Source: an uncultured Methanosarcinaceae archaeon (lineage in GTDB: Archaea; Halobacteriota; Methanosarcinia; Methanosarcinales; Methanosarcinaceae). From it: 64,000 nucleotides of DNA. A model generated the notes under the pieces. The model saw only the letters and a list, made by a program, of their open reading frames with translations. It did not search any database and was not told the origin of the DNA. Both the position numbers and the translations under genes were made by a program. The stretch is from the NCBI GenBank assembly GCA_963733675.1, contig CAVTET010000001.1, positions 288,001 through 352,000 on the forward strand, read 5' to 3'. Shown here piece by piece: positions 23,646 through 34,910 of the stretch; within the stretch, counting starts at the first letter, position 1, and each line of letters opens with the position of its first letter.

Positions 23646-24819
23646 TCATAAAATATCTAATTCAATACTAGCAACACAGTAACCTGAAATACAGAGAAGA
23701 TAAGCCCTGTTGACTAGTTCAAGCATATTCTGATTTTCCCGCTCTATTCTTATTCCGCAAGCAAGGGACAGGTACTCAGTAAGGTCAAAAACCCTTATTT
23801 TCTCATCTTTTCCAGCCTCAATGAGGTTCTGCATACAACCCCCACAATTCGTGATGATTGTATCACATCCCAGCTTTTCTGCAGCTCTGAATCTATCCGA
23901 TGCCATGGAAAGGGATTCGGAAGGATAGTTAATTCTTACTCCACCTCCAAAACCACAACACGCTGAGTTTTTAGGAGTTTTATTGGCAAGTTCGGTTCCC
24001 TCGATTTTTTCAAGCACATTTCTTGCTTCTTGATAGACTCTCATTCCCCGGGTCAAGTGGCAAGGATCATGATAAAAAATTTTGTGATTAAGAGTAGTCT
24101 CAGGAATCAGTTTACCGTTTCTTAACAGAAGTTCTAGATATTGGGAAACGTGCATGACCTGGAAATCAAGTTTTCCAAACATCCTTGGATATATGTCCTT
24201 AAAAGCTTTGAAACATCCTGGACAGGCAGTTATAATAATTTTTGCTCCTCTTTTTCGTACTTCCTTGATATTTTGCTGGCCGTTCTTGTGGATAGGACTA
24301 GGATTACCAGCACCTGCAGATACAGCTCCACAACAGTACTCAATCCCACTCAGAATAGTATAATCGACCCCTGCTTTCTCCAAAAGAGCAACTGCCGCTT
24401 TCACCATGCTGGTATTGATGTAGGTACCTGCGCAACCTGGGAAATAAGCTACAGAACCGAGACCATTTTTATACATGGGAATCTCACTCATTTCAGCGAT
24501 TTTTTTGAATATGTTATTTTGAGCATTCGGATCCACTATGGTTTGTCTGTCAGTAAGACCGTTTTCAATTATCCACTTTTGTCGGGCAGGAGAAATAAGT
24601 GGCTTGATTCCAAGTCCTTCAGGACAAGCGCAGGTGCAAAGTCCGCAAGTGAGACAGCGAAGAAGAGAGCCGGAATCAATGTCTGAATTTCCTTCTAAAT
24701 ACTTGCAGAGTTTTTCAATTAATTTGTGATCATTATATCTAGGGCAGACTTCAAGGCATTGTCCACAATATGTACATTTTTCCCGGTGTTTTTTTAAGAT
24801 ATCTATTTTTCAACTCCAT
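23646..24819 (-). pseudogene. Fe-S oxidoreductase (2x[4Fe-4S] plus two CCG domains, HdrD/GlcF-like) with a +1 frameshift near the start
   Basis: Removing one A from an A7 run joins MELKNRYLKKHREKCTYCGQCLEVCP...CLTCGLCTCACP to ORF 23646-24536 (YFPGC, CCG, YHDPC, CCGFGG). Confidence 0.85.
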
Positions 24820-24951
24820 ATCTTCTTAGGACTTGTGTACTTGGAATACAAAATTAAACATAATAAACAATGTAGTTTAAATTTTCCATTTTAAACAATT
24901 ACAGATTTAATGCTATTGATTCTCAAGTTCAACTGTATAAATTTTACATTA

Positions 24952-25910
24952 TTAAGGATTCTCATTACAATACATACATGGCGTCGACGATATTGAGCAG
25001 GAGTTGTTCAGGCATCTACTCTGCAAACTTGTTATCGCTTTCCAGCCTGTATAGTGCATGGGTACAATGTAATCAAGCTTGATTTTTTTCATTTCGTCAA
25101 TTGTAGGCTGAATTATATGGTCAAAGAATTGCCCTGTCAGGTGAAAGCCTCCTAGAATTGCATGAACCTTATTCGTCCTTGTAATTTTCTTAGCATAATC
25201 GATTGTATTGATAATTCCTGTATGAGCACAATCGCTAATAACAAACAATCTCTTTGTTCTTCAGTTTTATTTTCAAGCTTGATCATCCTTAAAAGGATCA
25301 ATAGTCCAGTTTCCATCGATTTTTGCTTCAGCCCAGAATAGTTCCTTTCAAATGCTGTTGTTCGTTTCACCTCTCATGTAGTATGAATAAAGCTATTTAC
25401 AATCTGTAAAGTTCTTTTCAACGTTATGGGAAAAGCTCCTGCTTCTATCAAAATACCTTCATCGAGTGAAGGTATTGTGACAGGATGTCCAATTGAGGGA
25501 TTATTCGTGCAGCTTTCAAGAAAAGCGTCATGATGGAGATCAAGAGGGACTCCTTTATCTCGCTCTTTACCTATAAGTTTCAAGAGCTCGACAAGTCCAA
25601 GAAGATGATCAAGATGGCCATGGTTCAGGATAGCAGCTTTTATTCCGCCAAGAACAGCCTCTAAAAGCGCTGCATTATCAAAAAGCAGGCTTGTGTGACT
25701 GCAGCATCCAAAAGTACGATACGTTCCTCAGCGACTGCATAAACTTTAATCAGGCATGAAAGTTCGTGTTCGACGAGGAGTATTCTATGGACGGGTAATT
25801 GCAGTTTTCTACATATATCGGTATTTTCTGTTACTAACCTTGGCGTGTGAACATCGATTAGAATGTTACTTCCAACCTGTCAGTTTCTCGAATACTCAGC
25901 TCATCCATAA
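24952..25910 (-). pseudogene. MBL-fold metallohydrolase, fragmented
   Basis: HGHLDH-like motif, SDCAHTGIIN, GGFHL, PMHYTG across broken frames; 5' boundary approximate. Confidence 0.75.
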
Positions 25911-26106
25911 AAATATCTGAGTTTATCTGGGGTATGGATTTTCATTTAGTTGAAATATGCTTGTTGGGACTTAAGACTTGAGATCTAAAATTAAGTACAA
26001 TAAACACTTTGGTTTAATGAGTTTAAGGTTTAATGCTATTGATTTCTCATTTCAACTGCATATAGTCCTGCGGATTAAAATTCGATTTCCTTGAGATATG
26101 GCTTAA

Positions 26107-26251
26107 TCACTTTTCGGTGTGCGCTACATAACCAGCGAATACTTTTCCACATTCATTGCACGCAAGATATGTGGCACAGAATTGTGTTAGTTGCTTCAAA
26201 GTGAGAGCATTTACATTTCCATTTTGAAGGGGATCAAATTGTTTCTACCAT
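26107..26251 (-). pseudogene. Degenerate zinc-ribbon miniprotein, paralog of 50741-50890
   Basis: MVETI*SPSKWKCKCSHFEATN..., then a frameshifted CNECGKVFAGYVAHTEK. Confidence 0.8.
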
Positions 26252-26267
26252 AATCTCAACTTCTATT

Positions 26268-26353
26268 TGGTGAGAGAGGTGCGATTTGAACACTGAACTC
26301 CTACAAGATCATACTCTCAATTTGATGCTTTTGGCCTGTTGAGCTACTCTCGC
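26268..26353 (-). pseudogene. Degenerate tRNA-Leu(GAG)-like gene with encoded CCA
   Basis: GCGAGAGTAGCTCAACAGGCCAAAAGCATCAAATTGAGAGTATGATCTTGTAGGAGTTCAGTGTTCAAATCGCACCTCTCTCACCA aligns with the 50637 copy; stems mismatched. Confidence 0.75.
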
Positions 26354-26513
26354 ACACTAATTATTCTTCAACCAACTTAATGCAACTATGTAAAATAACA
26401 TGTGTAGAATAGATATTCTCAAAAGTAGTGAGAATTCCGCAAATTTCAAGTTTTTTCCGAATTTTTTTATAGAAATATGAAGTGGAAACAATATTTTTAT
26501 GTTATCAATCACC

Positions 26514-26669
26514 TTAAAATATATACGAAAGAATGGCAAGTACGACAAAAATTATTGCAAGCCACTTCGCAATATTCATAGATAAGCCTTCGATTCCTTG
26601 TGCACCCAATATATATGTAACCAATGCGAAAACCAGTAAAATTACAGCAAGTCCTATCAAACCAGGCAC
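26514..26669 (-). CDS. UPF0391/DUF1328-like small membrane protein (51 aa, GTG start)
   Basis: GGAGTG RBS; [51 protein letters not shown]; different frame from the listed ORF. Confidence 0.8.
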   Translation of the reverse strand: MPGLIGLAVILLVFALVTYILGAQGIEGLSMNIAKWLAIIFVVLAILSYIF

Positions 26670-27426
26670 TTTTCACTCCCCCAATGTATTTAAACAATAA
26701 ATCAGTTGCTAGTGAATTTCAGGAGAAAAAAGTAGAAACTCCTGAGTTATTATTTAAGAAATAATTAATTTTTATGTCCTATCTGTAATTACAATTCATG
26801 TTTGTTCCATCTATTATGTCTCACAATAAGGTTTATATCTATACTGAGATACGCAGATATTGTTCTTCGTGAGTTAAAGATTATTTATCCTTATCAAAAC
26901 CTTCTTCTTTTTCCAAATACAATAGTTATGTTATTTTGAATATATCGATAGAGACTATATAGTGTTATTCTTTAACAACTTCACTAAAATATAACGTAAA
27001 AAACCTGATAAATAGGTAAATGAATGAGTGATAAAATATAGATCCTATCTTACTTGAAGCTGAACATACGAAATTTCAGGCCAGAGCCAGCACAGGAATT
27101 TCCTGATATTATCCTTTTCATTCTTCATATACCATTTTTATAGCATATCTTGCAAATTTTTTCCATTCTATATACTGCGTGAACTTTTGTAATTTTTCAG
27201 GCAGTTGATTATGATTTTATCTATACTTGGAAATAGGCCTTTTAATTTCCTTTTTATGAAAATGTTTCAGTGGCGGTCTATCCGCCAGGAAACTGCTTCC
27301 TGTTTTTGCCAAGGCTATAGGATCAAAACCATAACGCTGACATTGAGGATCAATTAGATTTTGAATATAAAAAAATTGTTTTTATCCGTATCATTTTTAG
27401 GTAGGAAGAATAAATCATATGGAATT

Positions 27427-27893
27427 TTAGATCTCCAGCACTTTTACAGCCAGATCGGCGTTGATAACATAATCAAAGTTGATTATTTTATCCCATTTCT
27501 GCTGCATGAACATAGACTGAAAACATAATCCGATAATTCTTTTTTTCCCGAATTTTCGAGGACCTTTCTGGCAATTTCGTTTGCTTTTTCAGGATGTATC
27601 CCCGTTTTCGACATTGCAAGTCCACCGAGCAGGACGATCAAATCAGCATGTGCATCTGTGAGCTCTCCAAGCTGCATACCCTCAGGAGTCATATGGATCG
27701 ATCTAGCTTTCTCGAAGTCTAGATTGGGGATGAAGGCAAGTTTTTTATCCCGGACTACAAAACTTAGAAGTTCAGCAAAGGGAGTGCAGAAACCTGGCGT
27801 TCCCAAAAAAGTGATCTTTTCTGCTCCTTCTGCAAGGTCCCTGAAATTGTTCAGGATACCTCCTACTCCTTGTGAGGTGTTTATTATTGACAT
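27427..27893 (-). pseudogene. DUF2124-like methanogen protein with a frameshift near the C-terminus
   Basis: GTPGFCTPFAEL, VLLGGLAM; the conserved-looking tail IIGLCFQSMF...W....FDYVINADL lies in another frame after a G/A run near 27545. Confidence 0.7.
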
Positions 27894-28639
27894 AAAAATG
27901 TTCTCCTTATTGAGCTTTCATTAAACTTCTGTTTTTGAGTACTCTCTGTAGTAGTATATATCTCTACTATGATATTGAGGTTATTACCTCAAATAAGTTG
28001 AGTTGATTAGCTCATCCAAAAACAAAGGCAAGAAATGTATTGCTTATATATATTGGCTCAAGATTAGGAAACTGACATGGAAATTATCCCAAAATAATTA
28101 TTTATTGCCTAGGTTATTTAGTAACAGGAATTAACTGTTTTTTGTATTCAATTTATTGCTTAGAGTAACTGTTCTATTTGGGATCTGAAATAGCTTTTGT
28201 AAGTAGTTCTCATTTTTCATAGGTTAAATATTTTTATGCACAACTTGAATACTAAATATAGAGATTTTCCGACTTTAATTTGAGATTTGCTAGTATAAAA
28301 ACAGCGCTCTATAGACCTTTCTTTAGACATTTTGTGTCTTTTTGATAATCCTTATTTATCTTTATATAAATTACTTAACATATTCCATCTATCAATTTTG
28401 CTTGCAGAGGGCTGTACTGATAAAAGATAAGAAAATTTAAGCAGGACAAAACACCTTATATTGCATTGGCTTAAGAAGTAAGATCTATGAGATATTTTTA
28501 AGTATACAGTTAATTGTTCTACAGGGTTTAATGTACTCTAACTCAAATAATCCATAAATTCGTATTTGTGTAACCTGCAAGACAATAGGCTGGAGGTGTT
28601 TATTTTATACAAGGAAAGAATAGTCAACTACGGGATCCC

Positions 28640-29326
28640 ATGTCCTATCTGGAAGATAAAAACTCCTTAAGGTGCGAAGCTATAAGCTTTAATTATGTTT
28701 TAAGGCTTTCCAAAATTCTTTCCCGAAAAATCAGAGTATCGGGTTATGTTCCTGATATAATTGTTGCCATCGGGAGGGGCGGCTATGTGCCTGGGAGGCT
28801 GATTTCAGATTTATTGCTTTTCAATAACCTTATTTCAATGAGGATTGAGCATTACGCAAGAGCGTCAGAAATGCGGCCAGAGTCAAATATTCGGTTCCCA
28901 ATTTCTGTGGATATAACTGGAAAAAAAGTGCTGATTGTTGATGATTTGACTGATACAGGTGACACACTTAACCTTGCAGTGAACTATATATGGAGTCTTA
29001 AGCCAGTTGAGGTAAGGACTGCAGTGCTCCAGCACAAGAACTGTTCTACATATGTGCCTGACTTTTATGCCCAAAAAATTGTCAAATGGCGATGGGTCAT
29101 CTATCCCTGGGCTCGGTACGAAGATATTGCTGGATTTATAGAAAAGATCATCTTGAACAGGGCCCTGGATGTTCTCCACATTATATCCGAGTTTAAGGCT
29201 AGATACGATTTAGATATCAAGAAGAAAGAGCTTCTAGAAATCCTGGATTATTTAACTGAAAAGGGAGAAATCGAATGTATAGATGGGAATATACCTGCAT
29301 GGAGAGTTTCGAGAGATAACATTTGA
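28640..29326 (+). CDS. Type I phosphoribosyltransferase (purine PRT-like)
   Basis: IVAIGRGGYVP, VLIVDDLTDTGDTL PRPP loop, WVIYPW. Confidence 0.88.
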   Translation: MSYLEDKNSLRCEAISFNYVLRLSKILSRKIRVSGYVPDIIVAIGRGGYVPGRLISDLLLFNNLISMRIEHYARASEMRPESNIRFPISVDITGKKVLIVDDLTDTGDTLNLAVNYIWSLKPVEVRTAVLQHKNCSTYVPDFYAQKIVKWRWVIYPWARYEDIAGFIEKIILNRALDVLHIISEFKARYDLDIKKKELLEILDYLTEKGEIECIDGNIPAWRVSRDNI

Positions 29327-29389
29327 GGGTCTTTCCCATGAGTTGTTGAAAATAGCAGATCAAACACTCTCTTCATATTTTTCAAAAAA

Positions 29390-29879
29390 TTGAGATGGTT
29401 TTTCAGAAACCAAATCCTTTTCAAATATCTATTTATGAGAATATAGCATCTGGGACGCGTATCCATAGTGAAAATAAACTGGCTATATGTTGCATTGTCA
29501 AGCATATCCTCTATTTAGCTACCTTCTGAAATGAATCTTCAGACGGGATATGTATTTTGCCTACTCTCTTAGCTGCCGGCAACAGCCTAGGCTCTGATTG
29601 CCAGGACTCTGGCAGTAAAACCTGAAATCATTCTTTTAGATGAATCTTGCAGTGCTCTTGATCCTGTGTCCACTTCAAAGATTGAAGAGCTTATACTGAC
29701 CTTAACAAAGATTATACTATAGTAATAGTAACCCACAATATGTAGCATGTAGCCAGATATGAGACAATATCGTATTTTTCCTTATGGGTGAATTTATTGA
29801 GTTTGGACAAACTAGATAAATTTTTCATAACCCTAGTGAACGCTGTACTGAGAATTACATTACAGGTAAGTTTGGGTGA
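29390..29879 (+). pseudogene. pstB: PstB phosphate ABC ATPase remnant
   Basis: [54 protein letters not shown], with stops and frameshifts. Confidence 0.8.
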
Positions 29880-30320
29880 TTTATAATAACCGGAATAGTA
29901 TCATAACTGGATCTGCTCACAGAGTCTGTATGGGAAAAAATTCATGTTATTTTTAGAAATTATATGGTTGTATTTATATATTTTGAAGTAAAGATTGCTA
30001 AAAGGAAGCTTGTTTTTGAGACAGAAGTAAATAAAGTAGAGGAAGGAATTGAAATTTCTATTTGTGACCTACTTAAGCTCTATAAGCCTATAGCTAACTA
30101 TTTACAGCTTAGTAGTTCTCTGTTTTCAAGATATCATCGAATCTCAAAAATATTGTAGGGCTATTAATCAATATTACATAAATTTCCGGAGAAGGCGATT
30201 ACTAAAAATGGAATTAAGAATTACGGAAAAAGTTCTTTGATAACTATTGAGTAAAGAATGTAACCAAATAAGAATAGTTATTCGTAACTATTGGTTTTAA
30301 GTATATTTTTAAACATATAG

Positions 30321-31709
30321 ATGCAAATGCCTGATATTCTTATAAAAAATACAAGGATCTATCACAATAATTATCTTCAGCCTGCAGAAATCATTATTAA
30401 AGGTAGCAAGGTTATAAAAATTGGGAAAGACCTCCGAGTATCGAGTTCTGATCTGATTATAGATGCTGATGGTGCTCTTACCCTACCTGCAGGAATTGAC
30501 GTGCATGTTCATTTCAGAGAGCCCGGCATGACAACAAAGGAAAATTGGTATACAGGTTCTTGTGCTGCAGCTGCTGGAGGAATTACTACTGTCATAGACC
30601 AGCCAAATACTATTCCCCCTACAACGGACAGGCGATCTTTTGAACAAAAACTTAAACTTGCCAGAAGAAAGTCCATTATTGATTTTGGGATCAATGGTGG
30701 GGTAACGGGGAATATAAATAATTTAGAAAAGCTCTGGAAATCAGGAGTTACTGCTTTTGGAGAAATTTTCATGGCTGAGTCTACAGGTGGGTTAAATATC
30801 ACGGAAAAGATATTCAATGAAGCCCTCTCCGAAATTAAAAGACTCGGAGCCCTTGCAAGTATCCATGCTGAAGACGAAGAGATATGCTTCGAGCTGGAAA
30901 GGCTTCAAAAGGGAGATGTTTCTTATGACTATCATTCAAAAGTACGCCCCAATGAATGCGAAGCAGTTGCTGTTCAAAAAGCCCTTGAGATTATTTCCAA
31001 ACTAAAAGTTAAGGCACATTTTTGCCATATAAGCACCCTTGAAGCTATAGGCCTTATAAGAAAAGAAAAATTTCTTGCGAGAAGGGAAAACAAAATACCT
31101 TTTTCTACTTGTGAAGTTACTCCGCATCACCTTTTTCTTTCTATACGGAACTGTGAGAAACTCAGATCTTTTGGCAAAATGAATCCACCTCTTCGGGGCA
31201 GCCACAGTATCAAAGCTCTGGTAAACGGGATAAATGATGGAACTATTGATATGGTAGCTTCAGATCACGCTCCACATCTTGAATCCGAAAAGGATACTGA
31301 TCTAAGGTTTGCTCCCTCCGGTGTGCCTGGAGTTGAAACTCTTATGCCTCTCATGCTTGCCGCAGTCAGGAAAAATATCCTTCCCCTTGGAAAGATGATA
31401 ATGATTACAAGCTGGAATCCAGCAAAGTCTTTCGGGCTTGATCGTCATGATAAAGGCAGGCTTGAAGTAGGTTTTGATGCGGATCTTATAATTGTGGATC
31501 CGCGTGTTCTTCAACCTATTAAAGCTGAGACGCTACATAGTAAAGCTGGTTGGACACCTTTTGAAGGCATGGATGCAGTCTTCCCGAAGTATACTTTATC
31601 CAGAGGCGAGGTTATATGGATTGAGGAATCCATTGATGCAAGGCCTGGGAGGGGCAATTTCTTGGGAGGCGATGGGAGAAAATCAGAAGAAGACTTCGAA
31701 GAAACTTAA
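30321..31709 (+). CDS. pyrC: Dihydroorotase
   Basis: IDVHVHFREPG, HAED, CEVTPHHL, KMNPPLR, SDHAPH. Confidence 0.93.
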   Translation: MQMPDILIKNTRIYHNNYLQPAEIIIKGSKVIKIGKDLRVSSSDLIIDADGALTLPAGIDVHVHFREPGMTTKENWYTGSCAAAAGGITTVIDQPNTIPPTTDRRSFEQKLKLARRKSIIDFGINGGVTGNINNLEKLWKSGVTAFGEIFMAESTGGLNITEKIFNEALSEIKRLGALASIHAEDEEICFELERLQKGDVSYDYHSKVRPNECEAVAVQKALEIISKLKVKAHFCHISTLEAIGLIRKEKFLARRENKIPFSTCEVTPHHLFLSIRNCEKLRSFGKMNPPLRGSHSIKALVNGINDGTIDMVASDHAPHLESEKDTDLRFAPSGVPGVETLMPLMLAAVRKNILPLGKMIMITSWNPAKSFGLDRHDKGRLEVGFDADLIIVDPRVLQPIKAETLHSKAGWTPFEGMDAVFPKYTLSRGEVIWIEESIDARPGRGNFLGGDGRKSEEDFEET

Positions 31710-31833
31710 TAAAGCACAGTCGTAATGACAAATGATATTTCTTTAACAAAAAAGAAAAGTATTTGATAAAAAAATTTAATTCAATTATTTAAGTGAAAAA
31801 TTAAGTATGTTTATGGAGATTAGTTTTTACTAA

Positions 31834-32382
31834 TCAATATAAATCAATTGAGTCTAGCTGGGACTGCATAAGTTCTTGATGCTTTTTTTCCAGGAACTTA
31901 TAAACTACTCCGTGGGTAGCCCCATCAAGTAGCATCTTTATGGCTGTTCTTATTATAGTATTTTGTTCAGGGTAACCAAGAATTGATACAGTTTTCCCGT
32001 ATACTGAGATCTTGACGTTTATTAGAGTTTCTGCCAGCTCTCTGGTTCTACCATTCCTTCCTATAATCCGGCCCTTTATGCGTTGTAGTTCTTTTGGAGT
32101 AGTAGCAACATCTGAAAGGTCGATGATCTCAAGCATAAGCATTTCATCTTCCAAAAGTTCAAGGGCTTTTTCGGGACTAAAACCCCTCCCTATCGCTTTG
32201 AGAGTTTCTAGAATCCTGAATTCTTTCAACGAATCTCCTTCACAGGTGACATCTATTTTTCCACTGTCGCTGTCAATGTCCAATTGACATACAGTTTTGT
32301 CCTCTATAAATTTTTTAAGTTCTCCTTTCGGGCCTATAATTACTCCAACTCTCTCGTGGGGTATTTTGACATACTGAGTCAT
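31834..32382 (-). CDS. KH-domain ribosome-assembly protein (Pno1/Dim2-like)
   Basis: MTQYVKIPHERVGVIIGPKG, AIGRGFSPE, RIKGRIIGRNG; true start probably 32382, directly after rio1. Confidence 0.9.
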   Translation of the reverse strand: MTQYVKIPHERVGVIIGPKGELKKFIEDKTVCQLDIDSDSGKIDVTCEGDSLKEFRILETLKAIGRGFSPEKALELLEDEMLMLEIIDLSDVATTPKELQRIKGRIIGRNGRTRELAETLINVKISVYGKTVSILGYPEQNTIIRTAIKMLLDGATHGVVYKFLEKKHQELMQSQLDSIDLY

Positions 32383-32383
32383 G

Positions 32384-33160
32384 TTATTCCGCCTGTATTT
32401 TTGTAAATAGTTCTTCAGGTTTGTCTTTGATCCCATAGCGTCTGAAGAACCGAAGTATATTTTGTATGTCCCTGTAGAGAAACTCGCGAGCATTAGGATG
32501 TCCCAGGGTCACAGATTGCCCCATATCAATGAATATAGGAGCAAAATTATTTTGGTCAATTAAAATGTTGTATTCGCTAAGATCTGCATGTACAAGGTTT
32601 GCTTCTTTATAGAGGAGACGCATGTATTCGACTATTGTATCAAAAACAAGTTTTTGTTTATCGTTTTCAAGAGGTGTGTTCTTCAGGGGGGAATATGGTA
32701 TCTCATTTTTTCCCATAAACTCCATGATAAGAATGTTTTTCTCGGCAAATATCGGTTCAGGTACCCTGACTCCTACGCTTTTTGCACGTTTAAGGTTCTG
32801 AAACTCCTTGCGTGTCCATGCAAAAATTATATCCCTCTTGTTATTTCGGATGTTTGTGAAGCGAGGGTCTTTCATAATATAGGCGTCCATAGCCCTGAAA
32901 GTGCTGCTGGAAATTCTATATATTTTTACTGCCAGTTCTTTTTCCGGACCCTCCGCATAGAATACATTTGCTTCTTTTCCAGTACTGATGGATCCACCCA
33001 TTGCCCTTATTATGCCCTTATTGGAAATGGTATAAAGGAGCTTAAGGGTAGGTACGTCAAATACATTTTCTTCCACTTTCAGCCGCTCGGAGTCTTTCTC
33101 CTTGGCGCGTAATCTGTCCCTAGAGCTATCTAGTCTCCTTATTTTTTCTGCCTGGTCCAT
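32384..33160 (-). CDS. rio1: Rio1 serine kinase
   Basis: ISTGKEANVF, AVKIYR, LVHADLSEYNIL, IDMGQSV. Confidence 0.95.
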   Translation of the reverse strand: MDQAEKIRRLDSSRDRLRAKEKDSERLKVEENVFDVPTLKLLYTISNKGIIRAMGGSISTGKEANVFYAEGPEKELAVKIYRISSSTFRAMDAYIMKDPRFTNIRNNKRDIIFAWTRKEFQNLKRAKSVGVRVPEPIFAEKNILIMEFMGKNEIPYSPLKNTPLENDKQKLVFDTIVEYMRLLYKEANLVHADLSEYNILIDQNNFAPIFIDMGQSVTLGHPNAREFLYRDIQNILRFFRRYGIKDKPEELFTKIQAE

Positions 33161-33167
33161 TATTATG

Positions 33168-33497
33168 TTATCCTTTCAGGTACCCTTTTCTCTCAAGCCA
33201 TTCTACCTGTGGCCTTGTGTACTTCCATATCACGTCTGCCTTTTCATTCTGAAATTCCCATGGCACAATGATTACAACATCTCCTTCTCTGATCCATGTT
33301 TTCTTTTTCATTGAACCAGGGATTCTTCCCATACGAACGACCCCATCCATGCAACGAAGTCTCAATCGATTTGCACCAAGAAGACTTTCTACTGTCGCTA
33401 GGATTTCATTATTGTCTCTACGCGGTGTGCGTATTTTTGTAACTGTCTCTTCCATTCCAGACTTGGTTTTGGATGTAGGTTTCTTTAAGTCTGCCAG
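33168..33497 (-). CDS. eif1a: Translation initiation factor aIF1A, probable CTG start (ATG alternative at 33455)
   Basis: LGANRL...C.DG..R.GRIPG.MKK..WIR.GDVV...PW.FQ..KAD...Y; GAGGT RBS just upstream of CTG GCA GAC TTA AAG. Confidence 0.9.
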   Translation of the reverse strand: MADLKKPTSKTKSGMEETVTKIRTPRRDNNEILATVESLLGANRLRLRCMDGVVRMGRIPGSMKKKTWIREGDVVIIVPWEFQNEKADVIWKYTRPQVEWLERKGYLKG

Positions 33498-34439
33498 TGT
33501 GATACCTCGTTATCTGTAGTTTATTATTAATGTGCTATAACGATTTAGCTGGGGAAAACGAAATCAATAGCCATCTTTACTAAGCTCCACTGAACAAATT
33601 TATATGAGCTTATTTTCTTCAACTATCGGCTATATACCCTGTTTTTATTTTTCCATCAATTCGTCTCCAGAAGTATCTATTGCATCAAAATAGATCTCAT
33701 CCAGCTGATATTTGGTAAACTGAATAATTTCATTGTGCTTTTTATTTTTAGACCCTGAGTATCATATATCTTTTTTTCAAGCTTTAAGGTTATTTGTTCC
33801 GCAGTTTTCAACTTAATATAATTAGTTTAATTTTACGAATTTCGTTCTTCTGTCACTACATTTTTATTTTTATTTTTCAGTGAGTTTGCCTCAAGATGAT
33901 ACCTATATATATTAAGTTTGAATTTGCCTTGCCTCATGCGTAAAATAAGTGGAATAACTCTAAAATTATAAATTCAAGTATGAAATTAAGTGATTATCTG
34001 AAGCAAATTTTCATGCAATGTAGGGATTCATTTTAATTATGCTGCCTAAATATTATAATGTATATCTATTAAATCAGAGGTAGGTCAGTTACCATAGGAT
34101 ATGAGTCTTTCAGAGCATTTCAATCATAGTTGTATATTTGGGATCTTCTTCTGCCCAAGTAGATCCTATCTATAAATATAATGAGCACGAGTGGTACTCT
34201 TTGTATTATTAATTGAGTAATTACTACTCATTAAACATGGATCCATGAGTTTTTTTCCGCCTGATGAAAATTTTGTCGTTTCAGCTAATCCTAATTTGTA
34301 GGTGTTTTACATAAAAATCCTATCTTAAAACCGAAAATAACTGAATTGAAGTTATTTGTACAAGTTTACACGGCCTAGAGCCTTAAGTATGAGATACATA
34401 ATCAAAATTTCGGTGGCCCACACCTTTGTAAGCAACTGG

Positions 34440-34910
34440 GTATGTTCACATTCCCGCTCTCGATATAAATTATTCCAAATCAAATGTTTTAATGTGCTTA
34501 TATACTTTTTTCTTCTGTTCTCCTTGATATTAACCACTTTTTTAATTACATAGGAAGTTGTACCATCACCAATAATTCAAATGTAGCTGACCTCAATCCG
34601 TAGTTTACAACGTTATATTTTTTTTAATTATGTCCACTCTCTAAAGATTTATCTCTCTTGATATTTTTTTGATCTTCATCAAGTTTGAAAGAAAATATTT
34701 TGGTTCACTACCAACCAGAGATGCACATGATCACCATCAGTGCATATCGCATCAAAATCAAAACAGTACCTTGTACCAATTTCAAAGCATATATCTTTCA
34801 AATAATTGATGACCCCCATTGCCTAAAAAATCACTATACTCAATACATAAAAAATCATTTGATGTCTGATTTTATAGACACAATAGTTTGCATGAAGTAG
34901 TTCCATTTCA
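34440..34910 (-). mobile_element. IS200/IS605 TnpA (Y1 HUH) remnant
   Basis: The minus strand encodes EIGTRYCFDFDAICTDGDHVHL..., SEPKY, broken by frameshifts; boundaries approximate. Confidence 0.7.

Noticed and set aside
26509-26697. Listed Cys-rich 62-aa ORF
   Set aside because: It is an alternative frame of the DUF1328-like gene at 26514-26669.
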